From an uncultured Microbacterium sp. (lineage in GTDB: Bacteria; Actinomycetota; Actinomycetes; Actinomycetales; Microbacteriaceae), in NCBI GenBank assembly GCA_964406995.1, contig CAYOTY010000001.1, positions 8,434-72,433 of the forward strand: a stretch of 64,000 bases of DNA, in the 5' to 3' direction. Positions within the stretch are counted from its first letter, which is position 1; each line of letters begins with the position of its first letter. The notes under the pieces are model-generated. The model was not told the origin of the DNA and ran no database searches. It saw only the letters and a program-made list of their open reading frames with translations. The position numbers and the translations under genes were made by a program. Shown here piece by piece: positions 18,860-28,004 of the stretch.

Positions 18860-20140
18860 TCAACGACTGTAGGCTGCATCCATCTCCGCCAGAACCTGCT
18901 CCCCGGTGGTCACGCCGGTGAACATGCCCTGCAGGCCGGCGTGCATCGACTGCTCCACGCGGGCGGTCGGCCAGGCCTGGTTCAGGAAACGCACCGCACG
19001 GCCCTCGTCGACGATCGTCTGAATGTAGGTCAGGATGCCGTCATCGAGCTGCATGTCGTCGTAGTACACCGAGGGCAGCGGACCCTGCATCGCGTTCGCG
19101 TAGATCGTCAGTCCCTCCTTCGAACCGAGGAAGTCGATGAAGGCCAGCGAGAGCTCCTTGTTCTTCGCGTTCTTGTTCAGCGCCGCACCGCCACCGCTGG
19201 CGACCGCGACGATTCCCTCACCGGCGACGTCTCCGCTGGAGAACGGCGAGAAGATGATCTCGTCGTCGCCCGCGAGCGTGCGCAGAGTCGCGAGCTGCGC
19301 GGCACTGGGCTGGACGCCGAGCGCCTCGCGGTTCGCAACCATCTGGAGCATGCCGTCGTTGTTGACGCCTGTGACGTCGTCATTGAAGCAGCCCGCGTCG
19401 ATCATCTCCTGGAAGTACTCGATCGCGGTGTTCCACCCCGGCTCGTCCGAGAAGGTCGTGTCACCGTTCGCCAGGCGCTCATCGAAGTCGGAGCCCTGCG
19501 GGTAGACCAGGGTGGGGACGAGCTGATACATCGCGTTCTGAGAGTTGTGGGGCGTTCCGGCGCCGACCGCATAGGCGACCTTGCCGGCATCACGTGCATC
19601 CTCACAGAACGGGATGACGTCGGCCCAGACCTCGGGCGGCGTGAGCCCGACTTCATCGAGCGCAGCCTGGTTGTAGAACGAGCCGAACGTGTTCAGCAGC
19701 GGCCCCATGACATAGACGTTGCCGTCATAGCTCATGGAGTCCCGGAGGAAGTCGGGGTACAGCTGCGCCCACGGGCGATCCGAGAGGTCTTCCAGGAACC
19801 CGCCAGGAGCGATCTGCCACACTGCGCCGGGGTTTCCGTCAGCAGGCCAGACGTTCATGACGTCGGCGGCCGAGCCTGCGGCCAGCTGCGTGCGCAGGGT
19901 CGCCTGATACTGCTCGATGTCGGCGATGGTGACCACGACCTCGACACCGGGGTTGGCATCCTTGAAGGCCTCGACGACGGCGTCGATGCCGGCCTTCTCA
20001 GAGGCCTTCCAGGAGATGGTGACGAGATCGGGTGCATCGGCGGGGGTGCCTTCCCCGCCGTTGTCGGCTGTACAGCCGGTCATCAGTGCGAGCGCGGCGA
20101 TGGTGAAGCCGGCGACACCGCCCTTGAATGCTTTAGACAT
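18860..20140 (-). CDS. Carbohydrate ABC transporter substrate-binding lipoprotein
   Basis: Lipobox MTGC; SBP family 1 features; downstream of two permeases. Confidence 0.9.
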   Translation of the reverse strand: MSKAFKGGVAGFTIAALALMTGCTADNGGEGTPADAPDLVTISWKASEKAGIDAVVEAFKDANPGVEVVVTIADIEQYQATLRTQLAAGSAADVMNVWPADGNPGAVWQIAPGGFLEDLSDRPWAQLYPDFLRDSMSYDGNVYVMGPLLNTFGSFYNQAALDEVGLTPPEVWADVIPFCEDARDAGKVAYAVGAGTPHNSQNAMYQLVPTLVYPQGSDFDERLANGDTTFSDEPGWNTAIEYFQEMIDAGCFNDDVTGVNNDGMLQMVANREALGVQPSAAQLATLRTLAGDDEIIFSPFSSGDVAGEGIVAVASGGGAALNKNAKNKELSLAFIDFLGSKEGLTIYANAMQGPLPSVYYDDMQLDDGILTYIQTIVDEGRAVRFLNQAWPTARVEQSMHAGLQGMFTGVTTGEQVLAEMDAAYSR

Positions 20141-20176
20141 GTGATTTCCCTTCTTGGTTGGAATGACGCGGGCCTC

Positions 20177-20998
20177 TCAGCCCTTGATACCGCTCGCAAG
20201 ACCGCGTATGAGCGAGCGCTGGAGGAAGAAGAACGCTATGAGGAACGGGATGAGACCGATGATCAGCGCCGAGAAGACCACGCCCCAGTCCGCACCGAAT
20301 TCGCCGACGAAGCTGTAGATGGCCACCGGCACCGTCGCGGTCCCGGTACCGCTGAGGTAGAGGAGCGGCTGGAGGAAGTCGTTCCAGATGAACAGGCCGT
20401 TGAGAATCAACACCGTTCCGGTGATGGGCTTGAGCATCGGCAGGATCACCCGGAAGAAGGTCTGTGCAGGACTGGCGCCGTCGATCGCCGCCGCCTCGTC
20501 GTAGTCGATCGGGATCTGCCGGAGGAACTGCGCATACAGGAAGACGGAGAAGGGGATCCGCATGCCGACGTAGATCATGATGAGCGGCAGGATCGTGCCC
20601 AGCAGGCCCAGATCCTTCATCGTCATGTACAGCGGTATGAGCCCGAGCTGGAACGGAAGAAGCAGGCCGATCATGAAGGAGTAGAAGGCGAAGCTGGACC
20701 ATTTCGCGGTGGCCCGCGCGATGGGATAGGCCGCGACGGCGGCCAGGAGCGCGATGAGCACGCTGCTGACGACCGTGATGATCACACTGTTGACGATGGC
20801 CATCCCCAGGCCGGAGGCGTTCCACGCCTCGACGAAGTTGCCCAAGGTGGGCTCACGGGTCGGGGCGATCGGCGAGCTCGCGTCGGATGCGGGACGGACC
20901 GCGACGTTGATGAGGATGTAGATCGGGAACAGGAAGATCAGCGCGACGACGGCCATCACGCCCTCGAGGGCACCCGTCTTCCAGGTATAGCGGTTCAT
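20177..20998 (-). CDS. Carbohydrate ABC transporter permease (MalG-like)
   Basis: EAAAIDGA loop, WNDF, six TM segments. Confidence 0.93.
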   Translation of the reverse strand: MNRYTWKTGALEGVMAVVALIFLFPIYILINVAVRPASDASSPIAPTREPTLGNFVEAWNASGLGMAIVNSVIITVVSSVLIALLAAVAAYPIARATAKWSSFAFYSFMIGLLLPFQLGLIPLYMTMKDLGLLGTILPLIMIYVGMRIPFSVFLYAQFLRQIPIDYDEAAAIDGASPAQTFFRVILPMLKPITGTVLILNGLFIWNDFLQPLLYLSGTGTATVPVAIYSFVGEFGADWGVVFSALIIGLIPFLIAFFFLQRSLIRGLASGIKG

Positions 20999-20999
20999 C

Positions 21000-21923
21000 T
21001 CAGTCCTTCCTTGACGAACGTGTCATGTAGCGATACTGGAAGATCGCGATGATGCCGACGAAGAACGTGAGGACCACGGCGAGCGCAGCGCTGTAGCCGA
21101 GCTCGCCGAACTGGAAGGCGTTGCGGTAGACGAGCGTCGAGAGCGTCTCCGTCGATCGCGCCGGGCCTCCCTGAGTCGTCACCCAGATCTGGTCGAAGGA
21201 CATGAGCCCTCGGATGAGTGCGAGCAGGACGTTGACGGTCAACGCGGGCGCGAGGAGGGGGCGGACCACGTACCAGAAACGTGCCACAGGACCGGCGCCG
21301 TCAAGGGACGCCGCCTCCAGCTGTTCGGCCGGAACCGACTGGAGGCCCGCCAGATAGATCACCATGGCGTAGCCGGAGAACTGCCAGATCATGATGACCG
21401 AGATGGAGCCGAGCGCAAGCTTGGGGTCACCGAGCCAGTTCTGCGCGAGGGACTCGAGTCCGATCCCCCGCAGGACCTCGTTGATAGGACCGGACGGCGT
21501 GAAGATGAACTGCCAGACGAAGGCGACGACGACCGAGAGGATGACGACCGGCATGAAGAAGACGACGCGGAGCAGATTGCGCGACTTCAGCTTGGCGTTG
21601 ATCGCGAGCGCGAGCGCCAGCCCGATCACGTTCTCGAAGACGGTGACGATGAGTGCGAGCAGAAGTGTGTTCCTGACGGCGCGCACCGCCTGATCGTCGT
21701 TGAACAGCATGAAGTAGTTGTCCAGTCCGACCCAGTTCCAGTCCGGGAAAAGTCCGTTCCAGTCGGTGAAGGAGTACACCACACCCTGCACTGACGGGAT
21801 CAGGACGATGAAAGCGTAGGGGATCGCCGCCGGGACCAGGAACCACCACATACGGCTCATGCGCCTCTTACGACGGCGCGGGACCGCAGCCGAGACCTCC
21901 TCGGCCTTGCTCACTGTTGCCAT
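21000..21923 (-). CDS. Carbohydrate ABC transporter permease (MalF-like)
   Basis: EAASLDGA, TTQGGP; start moved to ATG 21923 (RBS GGAGA) because the predicted -10 overlaps the track start 21968. Confidence 0.9.
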   Translation of the reverse strand: MATVSKAEEVSAAVPRRRKRRMSRMWWFLVPAAIPYAFIVLIPSVQGVVYSFTDWNGLFPDWNWVGLDNYFMLFNDDQAVRAVRNTLLLALIVTVFENVIGLALALAINAKLKSRNLLRVVFFMPVVILSVVVAFVWQFIFTPSGPINEVLRGIGLESLAQNWLGDPKLALGSISVIMIWQFSGYAMVIYLAGLQSVPAEQLEAASLDGAGPVARFWYVVRPLLAPALTVNVLLALIRGLMSFDQIWVTTQGGPARSTETLSTLVYRNAFQFGELGYSAALAVVLTFFVGIIAIFQYRYMTRSSRKD

Positions 21924-21958
21924 GGTGTCTCCAGTCGCACGGGTGATACTGCCAATCG

Positions 21959-22022
21959 ACTCTGTCACGTCGCTATCCGTCGTTCTTGCGCAGACAGGAC
22001 GGGGCCTGTTCCGCCTGCGACT
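21959..22022 (-). promoter_or_regulatory. AraC-type promoter of ABC operon 1
   Basis: AGTCG-N8-ACAG and CGTCC-N8-CAAG at 21-bp period, then 20 nt, then CAGAGT. Confidence 0.5.
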
Positions 22023-22037
22023 CGTAAGCGATCCCGG

Positions 22038-23363
22038 TCACCGCTCGGCGCCGCGCTTGCGGCGGATGCCGAGCGTTTCGCGCAGCGTGGACCCCGGATA
22101 CTCGGTTCGGAAAAGTCCGCGTCGCTGCAGTTCCGGCACGAGTTCGGAGCAGATACGCGTGAATCCCTCCGGCATGTAGGGCGGGATGATCGTGAAGCCG
22201 TCGCACGCCTCGCTCTCGAACCAGTGCTGCATCTCGTCCGCGATCGAGGCGGGCGTTCCGAGCTGGAACTGATGGCCGCTGATCTTGGCGCGGGAACGGA
22301 TCATCTCACGCAGTGTCGGGCGCTCCTCGACCACGATGCGGTACAGATTCGGGTACCGGCTCGCATGAAGGTTGGCACTGCGTTCGGCCTCCTCCGGCGT
22401 CATGAGCCGATCGACAGGAATAGGCCGATCGAGGTCGAGATCGTCGAGCCGTATGTCGAGAAGAAGATTGCTCAGATACTTCAGCCCGTCCTCGATCGCG
22501 TAGTACTCCGCAAGCTCCGCGGCGATGTCTTCCGCCTCGGACTGGGAATCGCCGACGATGGGCACGATCCCGGGCAGGATCCGAAAGGCGTGCGGGTCAC
22601 GGCCGTGCTCTGCAGCTCGACTCCTCATCTCAGCCACGAAGGATACAGCGAGATCCAGTTCGCTCTTGGCGGTGAAGACGACCTCGGCGTTGCGCGATCC
22701 GTAGTCCATGCCCTCCGGAGACTGGCCGGCCTGGACGATCACGGGTCTGCCCTGCGGCGACCGCGGCACGGTCATGGGACCCTCGACCTGGAAGTAGGGT
22801 CCGACATGATCTGCCCGATGGATCTTCGCCGGATCCGCCCAGGTGTTGCCGGCGCGGTCGTTGACGACGGCATCGTCCTCCCACGCGTCCCAGAGCGCGA
22901 TGGCGGCAGCGAGCCAGTCATCGGCCATCCGGTAGCGCTCGTCCTTCGCCGGGATCTGACCGCCGAAGTTCTGGTGGCCCTCGGTGGAGGTGACGATGTT
23001 GACAGCGGCCCGCCCGCCGGAGAGGAGGTCGATCTGGGCGAGCATGCGCGCGACGTTGTAGGGCTGCGAGAAGGTCGTGGAGACAGTGGCGATCAGACCG
23101 ATGTGATCGGTCACCGCACTCAGCGCACCGAGAGTCGTGAGCGGCTCGATCTGGATGAAGTCCGTACCGTCCCGTGTGAGCTTGTCGGCGAGGAAGATCG
23201 CATCGAAGCGAGCAGCCTCGGCCTCGCGCGCGACCCGCGAGATGTAGTCCAACGTCATGACGCCCTCGATGCCGCTACTGGGCCGGCGCCAGGTGTAGTT
23301 CAGCCGCCCGAAGGGGCTGTAGAAGAGAACAAGGTTCATCGTGTCCGAGCGCGTTCCTGACAT
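22038..23363 (-). CDS. NtaA/DmoA/DszA family FMN-dependent monooxygenase
   Basis: AEAARFDAIFLAD, EP, IGLIATVST, PRSPQGRPVIVQAGQS, VPELQRRGLFRTEY..TLRE. Confidence 0.93.
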   Translation of the reverse strand: MSGTRSDTMNLVLFYSPFGRLNYTWRRPSSGIEGVMTLDYISRVAREAEAARFDAIFLADKLTRDGTDFIQIEPLTTLGALSAVTDHIGLIATVSTTFSQPYNVARMLAQIDLLSGGRAAVNIVTSTEGHQNFGGQIPAKDERYRMADDWLAAAIALWDAWEDDAVVNDRAGNTWADPAKIHRADHVGPYFQVEGPMTVPRSPQGRPVIVQAGQSPEGMDYGSRNAEVVFTAKSELDLAVSFVAEMRSRAAEHGRDPHAFRILPGIVPIVGDSQSEAEDIAAELAEYYAIEDGLKYLSNLLLDIRLDDLDLDRPIPVDRLMTPEEAERSANLHASRYPNLYRIVVEERPTLREMIRSRAKISGHQFQLGTPASIADEMQHWFESEACDGFTIIPPYMPEGFTRICSELVPELQRRGLFRTEYPGSTLRETLGIRRKRGAER

Positions 23364-23369
23364 GGTTCC

Positions 23370-23433
23370 ACGCTCGCATGCAAGAGAGCCGTCTGCTTGA
23401 CCGTGTCCGTCGCCTGCTTGGCGCCGTACGCCA
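23370..23433 (-). promoter_or_regulatory. AraC-type, probably leaderless promoter of the monooxygenase
   Basis: TGGCG-N8-CAAGCAG and CGACG-N8-CAAGCAG at 21-bp period, 20 nt, GAGCGT, 6 nt, ATG. Confidence 0.6.
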
Positions 23434-23445
23434 GATACGCGAACG

Positions 23446-24501
23446 TCAGTAGAACTCGTCGATATTCACGAGGTTCCGCATCGGTCGACCGTCCAGCAGC
23501 CGCGTCGCGTTCTCCGCGAACAGTTCTGCGATCATGCGATCCTCCTCGACGGTGATGGCAGCACCGTGCGGGCTGATGATGACATTGGACATGTCCCAGA
23601 GCGGGCTCCGGGCAGGCAGCGGCTCGACCTCGAAGACGTCGAGTGCGGCGTAGCCGACCGTTCCGCGGCGCAGAGCCTCGATGAGAGCCTCCTCGTCGAC
23701 GGTAGAACCACGGCCGACGTTGACGAAAGTGATGCCGGGCTTCATGGCGTCGAAAACGCTGCCGTCGATGATGTGATGAGTGAGATCGGTGCCGGGGAGA
23801 GCGAGGACCACGGCATCGACCTGACCGAGGACTTCCTTGAGCTCCTCCATCAACGCGATGCGAGCGACGCCGGGTGCGTCCACCTGGCGTCGGTGGACGC
23901 CGATGACCGTCGCTCCGAGGGCTGAGAGCTTCGCCGCCACGGCACGGCCGATCGCCCCGAGACCGACCACGGCGATCTTCTGCCGGCTCACCCAGCCGAG
24001 CGTCCAGCGCAGCTGCCAGTGATGCTGCCTCTGGTATGTCTGGAGCTTGTCGAGGTTCTTGGCTCCGGCGAATACTCCAAGGACCGCGAACTCGGCGAGC
24101 GGATCGGCGTGGACTCCCGCCGAAGTGGTGACGACGATCCGCTCCAGCGCCTCGCGGGGAAGCTCAGCCTCTTTGACGTGAGCACCGCCCCCGGCACGGG
24201 AGGTGTGCACCCAGCGCAGACGAGGATTGGCCATCACCGTGCGGTGCAGCGCCTGAGCCGACTCGTCAGGCAGACCGTAGAGAGCATCGGCCGAGTCGAC
24301 GATCTCTTCGAATCGGCGCTGCTGCTCGGGTGTGCGGCGGAAGTCGGGATCCCCGCCGTGGTCTCCCGGGTAACGCGCCGGCGGCATGATCGACTGGTCA
24401 CGGATCACCGTGACCCGGGGCTCCAGCGTCTCGATCAGTTCGCAGAGCTCTTCACTGAGGACAGTCGCGGCAGCAACACGGAGGCGATTCGTCATAATCA
24501 C
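23446..24501 (-). CDS. D-2-hydroxyacid dehydrogenase family protein
   Basis: GLGAIG Rossmann motif, NVGRG, LDVFEVEPLP, ISPH. Confidence 0.93.
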   Translation of the reverse strand: MIMTNRLRVAAATVLSEELCELIETLEPRVTVIRDQSIMPPARYPGDHGGDPDFRRTPEQQRRFEEIVDSADALYGLPDESAQALHRTVMANPRLRWVHTSRAGGGAHVKEAELPREALERIVVTTSAGVHADPLAEFAVLGVFAGAKNLDKLQTYQRQHHWQLRWTLGWVSRQKIAVVGLGAIGRAVAAKLSALGATVIGVHRRQVDAPGVARIALMEELKEVLGQVDAVVLALPGTDLTHHIIDGSVFDAMKPGITFVNVGRGSTVDEEALIEALRRGTVGYAALDVFEVEPLPARSPLWDMSNVIISPHGAAITVEEDRMIAELFAENATRLLDGRPMRNLVNIDEFY

Positions 24502-24504
24502 AAG

Positions 24505-24547
24505 ACGCTAGCCGGAGTGTGCGCCCCGGGCTTGCATTCCGCTGCCA
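24505..24547 (-). promoter_or_regulatory. AraC-type promoter of the 2-hydroxyacid dehydrogenase
   Basis: Single clear box TGGCA-N8-CAAG, 20 nt, TAGCGT. Confidence 0.55.
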
Positions 24548-24620
24548 GGTCGCCGTTCTGAGGCGGGCTCGGGCAAGAAAGTGACGGAGGCGCGCAAGGA
24601 GATCGTCACCGCTCTCGAAG

Positions 24621-25847
24621 TCATCGTCGGACGGCCTCATCGAAGGGTCCGGATCGCGCGATCAGCCCCGTCAGGAGGAGGAGCGGGATCGCTCCGAGGG
24701 CGAGGAACAGCAGAGGGATGCTCCAGCCTCCCGCGACATCCTTCGCGATTCCGAGCAGGAGGGGACCTATGGCGCCGGTCCCATATCCGACGCTCTGCAC
24801 GAAACCGCTCAGAGCGACGGTCGCCTGCGGGCTGCGGGTGCGCTCTCCGAGCAGGACGAGCACCATCTGCATCGCAAAGGGCCCGAGCCCTATGAGCGCG
24901 ACCCAGAGCACCACCAGGCCGGGGTCTGGCAGAAGCGCGAGACCTGCGTAACCGATCATGAACGTGAAGATTCCTACGAGCATCAGAAGCGTCTGCGCGG
25001 TTCTGCGCGCACCGACGACGATGACGACGATGTTGATGGGGATGCCCATGAACCCGAACAGCGCGAGATAGCCACCGGCTTCGCTGACCGGGATTCCGGC
25101 CATGTCCTCGAGGATGGAGGGAAGCCAGGTGAAGAGCGAGTAGGAGGCGATGGCGCCGTAGCCGAAGGTGAGCATGAGAGCCCACGCCAGCGGCGAGCGC
25201 CATACCGAGGGGATCGCGAGGTAGTCAGGCGAGGGGTCGGGGATGAAGTCGCCACCACCCCGGGCGGGTCTCCGGCGTGCGGCCAGCGCGATCCAGGGCA
25301 GCGCGGCGACAACGGCGAAAGCTCCCCACATGCCCAGCGCCCAGCGCCAGCCGATGATCCCGGCGGCGGCGGGGGTGGCGATCGCCGACACCCCGGTCCC
25401 GACCGCGTAGACGAAACCTACGACCCCGGTCATCACGTTGATCCGATCCCCGTGATAGCGCCTGATGAGCGCCGGCACGAGGACGTTCCCCACTCCGACA
25501 CCCGCGAAGATCACGAGGGTGCCGATCACGATCCCCGACGCCTGCCCTGCGATCGAGCGAAGCACGTGTCCCAGCAAGACGATACCGAGCGCGAGCACGG
25601 CGGCACGCTCCAGGCCGATCGTCCGCGCTACTCGCGGTGCGAGCAGGCCGAAGACGGCGAAGCACGCCGAGGGCGCTGCTCCGATGAGCCCCGCGGTCTC
25701 CGTGGAGACGATGATCTCCTCTCCGACCCGGTCGGCCACCGAAGAGAAGGCTGCGAGAGCAGTGCGGAGATTGATGGCGAGCAGGACGAGCCCGACGGCG
25801 GCGAAGAGCGCTGTCCCGCGGGGGAAGGGACGACGCGGATCGGGCAT
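24621..25847 (-). CDS. MFS transporter (CynX/NimT family)
   Basis: Start at ATG 25847 (MPDPRR...LLAINLR); LSGFVQSVGY motif; ~12 TM segments. Confidence 0.9.
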   Translation of the reverse strand: MPDPRRPFPRGTALFAAVGLVLLAINLRTALAAFSSVADRVGEEIIVSTETAGLIGAAPSACFAVFGLLAPRVARTIGLERAAVLALGIVLLGHVLRSIAGQASGIVIGTLVIFAGVGVGNVLVPALIRRYHGDRINVMTGVVGFVYAVGTGVSAIATPAAAGIIGWRWALGMWGAFAVVAALPWIALAARRRPARGGGDFIPDPSPDYLAIPSVWRSPLAWALMLTFGYGAIASYSLFTWLPSILEDMAGIPVSEAGGYLALFGFMGIPINIVVIVVGARRTAQTLLMLVGIFTFMIGYAGLALLPDPGLVVLWVALIGLGPFAMQMVLVLLGERTRSPQATVALSGFVQSVGYGTGAIGPLLLGIAKDVAGGWSIPLLFLALGAIPLLLLTGLIARSGPFDEAVRR

Positions 25848-25874
25848 GATGCCTTCACCTTGCTGCACGGATGC

Positions 25875-25930
25875 AGGGGAAGCATGACGCTCCGCGTCAG
25901 CGATCTGCCGCAGAGCGTCATGCTTCCCCT
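25875..25930. repeat. Long hairpin (18-bp perfect IR extended by inner pairing) in the MFS/araC-2 intergenic region
   Basis: AGGGGAAGCATGACGCTC ... GAGCGTCATGCTTCCCCT. Confidence 0.8.
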
Positions 25931-25952
25931 CGACTCGTCTCGCACAACTATG

Positions 25953-25979
25953 TGACACGTGTACATGTACACGTGTACA
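25953..25979. promoter_or_regulatory. Two adjacent LacI-type operators (TGACACGTGTACA, TGTACACGTGTACA) overlapping the araC-2 -10 (TACACT)
   Basis: 22-bp perfect palindrome ACACGTGTACATGTACACGTGT at 25955-25976. Confidence 0.7.
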
Positions 25980-26012
25980 CTGCCTCAAAGACCACTCAAA
26001 GATGAGATTGCC

Positions 26013-26813
26013 ATGTTCGCCACCACCGAGTCCTCCCCGCTTCGCGCCATCCGCGCCGGCGAAGGGCGCTGGGCGCTCTCCTATCTCACCGAGACCGCCA
26101 GTCATTGCCTGATCCTCTGCGAGAGGGGCACTCTCCGGGTGGAGGAGGATGGTGCAGCCTGGGTGCTTCCCGAGCGACACCTCCTCCTCATCCGGCCCTG
26201 TCGGGGGAGCATAACGGTGCCTCCCGGCGGCTCGGCAGCAGTCCTCTCCCTCGCCCGGGCGATCACCGCACCGCACCGCGCCGACCTCGACCGCGCAGTG
26301 GGGATCATGGTGGCCGCCGACGGCGACGGGACTCTGGTCGCCCACCTCGTCGCCGCCCTCTTGACCGAACCGGGCCTGGACTCCGGGAACATGGCCGTCT
26401 TCGCGCACCTCACAGGCATGATCGCGATGATGTGCCGCGACATCGCGCCTTTCGACATCGACATCCCTTCGATGCGCCGCGCTCTTGAGACCATGGAGCA
26501 GCGGCTCGGCGACCATGACCTCAACCCGGAGGCGATCGCACGATCGGCGAACGTCTCCACACGCACCCTTCACCGCATGTTCGAGCTGCGAGGCACCACA
26601 GTAGGCGCCTGGCTCCGGAGCCAGCGCCTGGCGCACTGCTGCGCGGACCTCCAGCACAGGCCGGACCTTTCCGTGCAGCAGATCGGTGCACGCTGGGGGT
26701 TCTGGGACGCCCCCCACTTCAACCGTACGTTCAAGCAGACCTTCGGCGTCCCGCCCGGCGAGTACCGCAGGCGTAGTGCCGCTCGGACAGTGCGGGAGCA
26801 GACCGCGATCTGA
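26013..26813 (+). CDS. AraC family regulator (FeaR-type), AraC-2
   Basis: VSTRTLHRMF...QRLAHC...IGARWGFWDAPHFNRTFKQTFG; ATG 26013 preferred because the track start 25959 lies in the operator. Confidence 0.88.
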   Translation: MFATTESSPLRAIRAGEGRWALSYLTETASHCLILCERGTLRVEEDGAAWVLPERHLLLIRPCRGSITVPPGGSAAVLSLARAITAPHRADLDRAVGIMVAADGDGTLVAHLVAALLTEPGLDSGNMAVFAHLTGMIAMMCRDIAPFDIDIPSMRRALETMEQRLGDHDLNPEAIARSANVSTRTLHRMFELRGTTVGAWLRSQRLAHCCADLQHRPDLSVQQIGARWGFWDAPHFNRTFKQTFGVPPGEYRRRSAARTVREQTAI

Positions 26814-26828
26814 ATCCCGCCGGCGCTC

Positions 26829-27833
26829 TCAGGCCGAACGGCGCGGAATGACCTCGAGCAGGGAACTCCCGTCGAACTCGGGCAGGTCACGGTCGTCGAG
26901 GAGAGCCATGACCGACTCGACTCCGGCCTCGATGAGGCGCTTGACATCGATGCGCACGGTCGTGAGCTCGCCCCGCGCGGGTGCGAAGTCGTCGATCCCG
27001 ATGAGGGCGAGGTCCTCCGGAACCGCATATCCCGCATCTCTCACCCCTGCGGCGACCGCGAGGGCAAGAAGATCGCTGTAGGCGCAGACCACCGACACGG
27101 ACTCCTCCCCCGCCAGCCATGTCGACACCGCCTCCTCCACGCCCGCACCGTCCTGATCGATCACGCAGACTACCGGCGGGGGAAGCCCGTGCTCGCGGCA
27201 TGCGGCCCGCACACCCTCAAGACGTTCGGAGGCGATGGGGCCGGCCGCGGGATCCATCGGGAACGCGTAGCCCAGACGCCGGTGCCCCCGCGAGACGAGA
27301 TAGTCCACCTGCATCCGCCCCATCCGCTCGTGCGGCAGCAGCGTGCGCATGCTGAAGAGCTTCGCGTCCGAATGCTGGATGGAGCTGATGTCCGGGATGG
27401 TCAGACCACCGACGGAGATCACCAGCGCAGGCTGCACGAGCGGCCAGAGTTCCGCAAGCGGACGACCCTGACCCGTGTACCGATGCACGAGCAGTGCCAT
27501 GCCGCGCTCGCCGATCGCCGCGTCGAACGCGTCGAGAAGTGCGTCGGTGATGGGGCCGACGCCGAATCCGGGCACGAGAGCGACGACGATGTTGCTCCGC
27601 CCCAGACGCAGTGCGCGAGCCGGTGCATAGGGGACATGCCCCAGCTCCGCCGCCGTACGAAGCACGAGATCACGAGTCGCCTCCGCGATAGGCCGGGTAG
27701 TGGAGTTGTTGAGCACATAGCTCACCGTCGCTCGCGACACTCCTGAGGCACGTGCAACGTCCGCGCTCGTCACCCGACGGCGGGCATCCGCCCCGGAACC
27801 CGAGGAACCCTTCACCACGCCCTCCTCTCGCAT
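26829..27833 (-). CDS. LacI family transcriptional regulator, LacI-2
   Basis: VTSADVARASGVSRATVSYVLN; paralog of LacI-1; start uncertain (about 27815-27833). Confidence 0.9.
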   Translation of the reverse strand: MREEGVVKGSSGSGADARRRVTSADVARASGVSRATVSYVLNNSTTRPIAEATRDLVLRTAAELGHVPYAPARALRLGRSNIVVALVPGFGVGPITDALLDAFDAAIGERGMALLVHRYTGQGRPLAELWPLVQPALVISVGGLTIPDISSIQHSDAKLFSMRTLLPHERMGRMQVDYLVSRGHRRLGYAFPMDPAAGPIASERLEGVRAACREHGLPPPVVCVIDQDGAGVEEAVSTWLAGEESVSVVCAYSDLLALAVAAGVRDAGYAVPEDLALIGIDDFAPARGELTTVRIDVKRLIEAGVESVMALLDDRDLPEFDGSSLLEVIPRRSA

Positions 27834-27900
27834 CGATGCAGCTGGCGATCCTTCGATACTGCGGGCGACCACCGACCGTAGAGAACCCATCACGTCGACC

Positions 27901-27965
27901 TGTCCGTACCGGACAACATTCTCGCACTCTCGGGCAACGCCGACACCGTGAGCCGTTCCTATCGT
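27901..27965 (+). promoter_or_regulatory. AraC-type promoter of ABC operon 2
   Basis: TGTCC-N8-CAAC and TCGCA-N8-CAAC at 21-bp period, 21 nt, TATCGT. Confidence 0.6.
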
Positions 27966-28004
27966 GAAGACACCCGCCGAGCACCAACACACGAAGGAGT
28001 GGAA

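Noticed and set aside
18434-21052. 872-aa plus-strand ORF
   Set aside because: Antisense shadow of the ABC and LacI genes; high-GC codon bias removes stops in this frame; no recognisable domain
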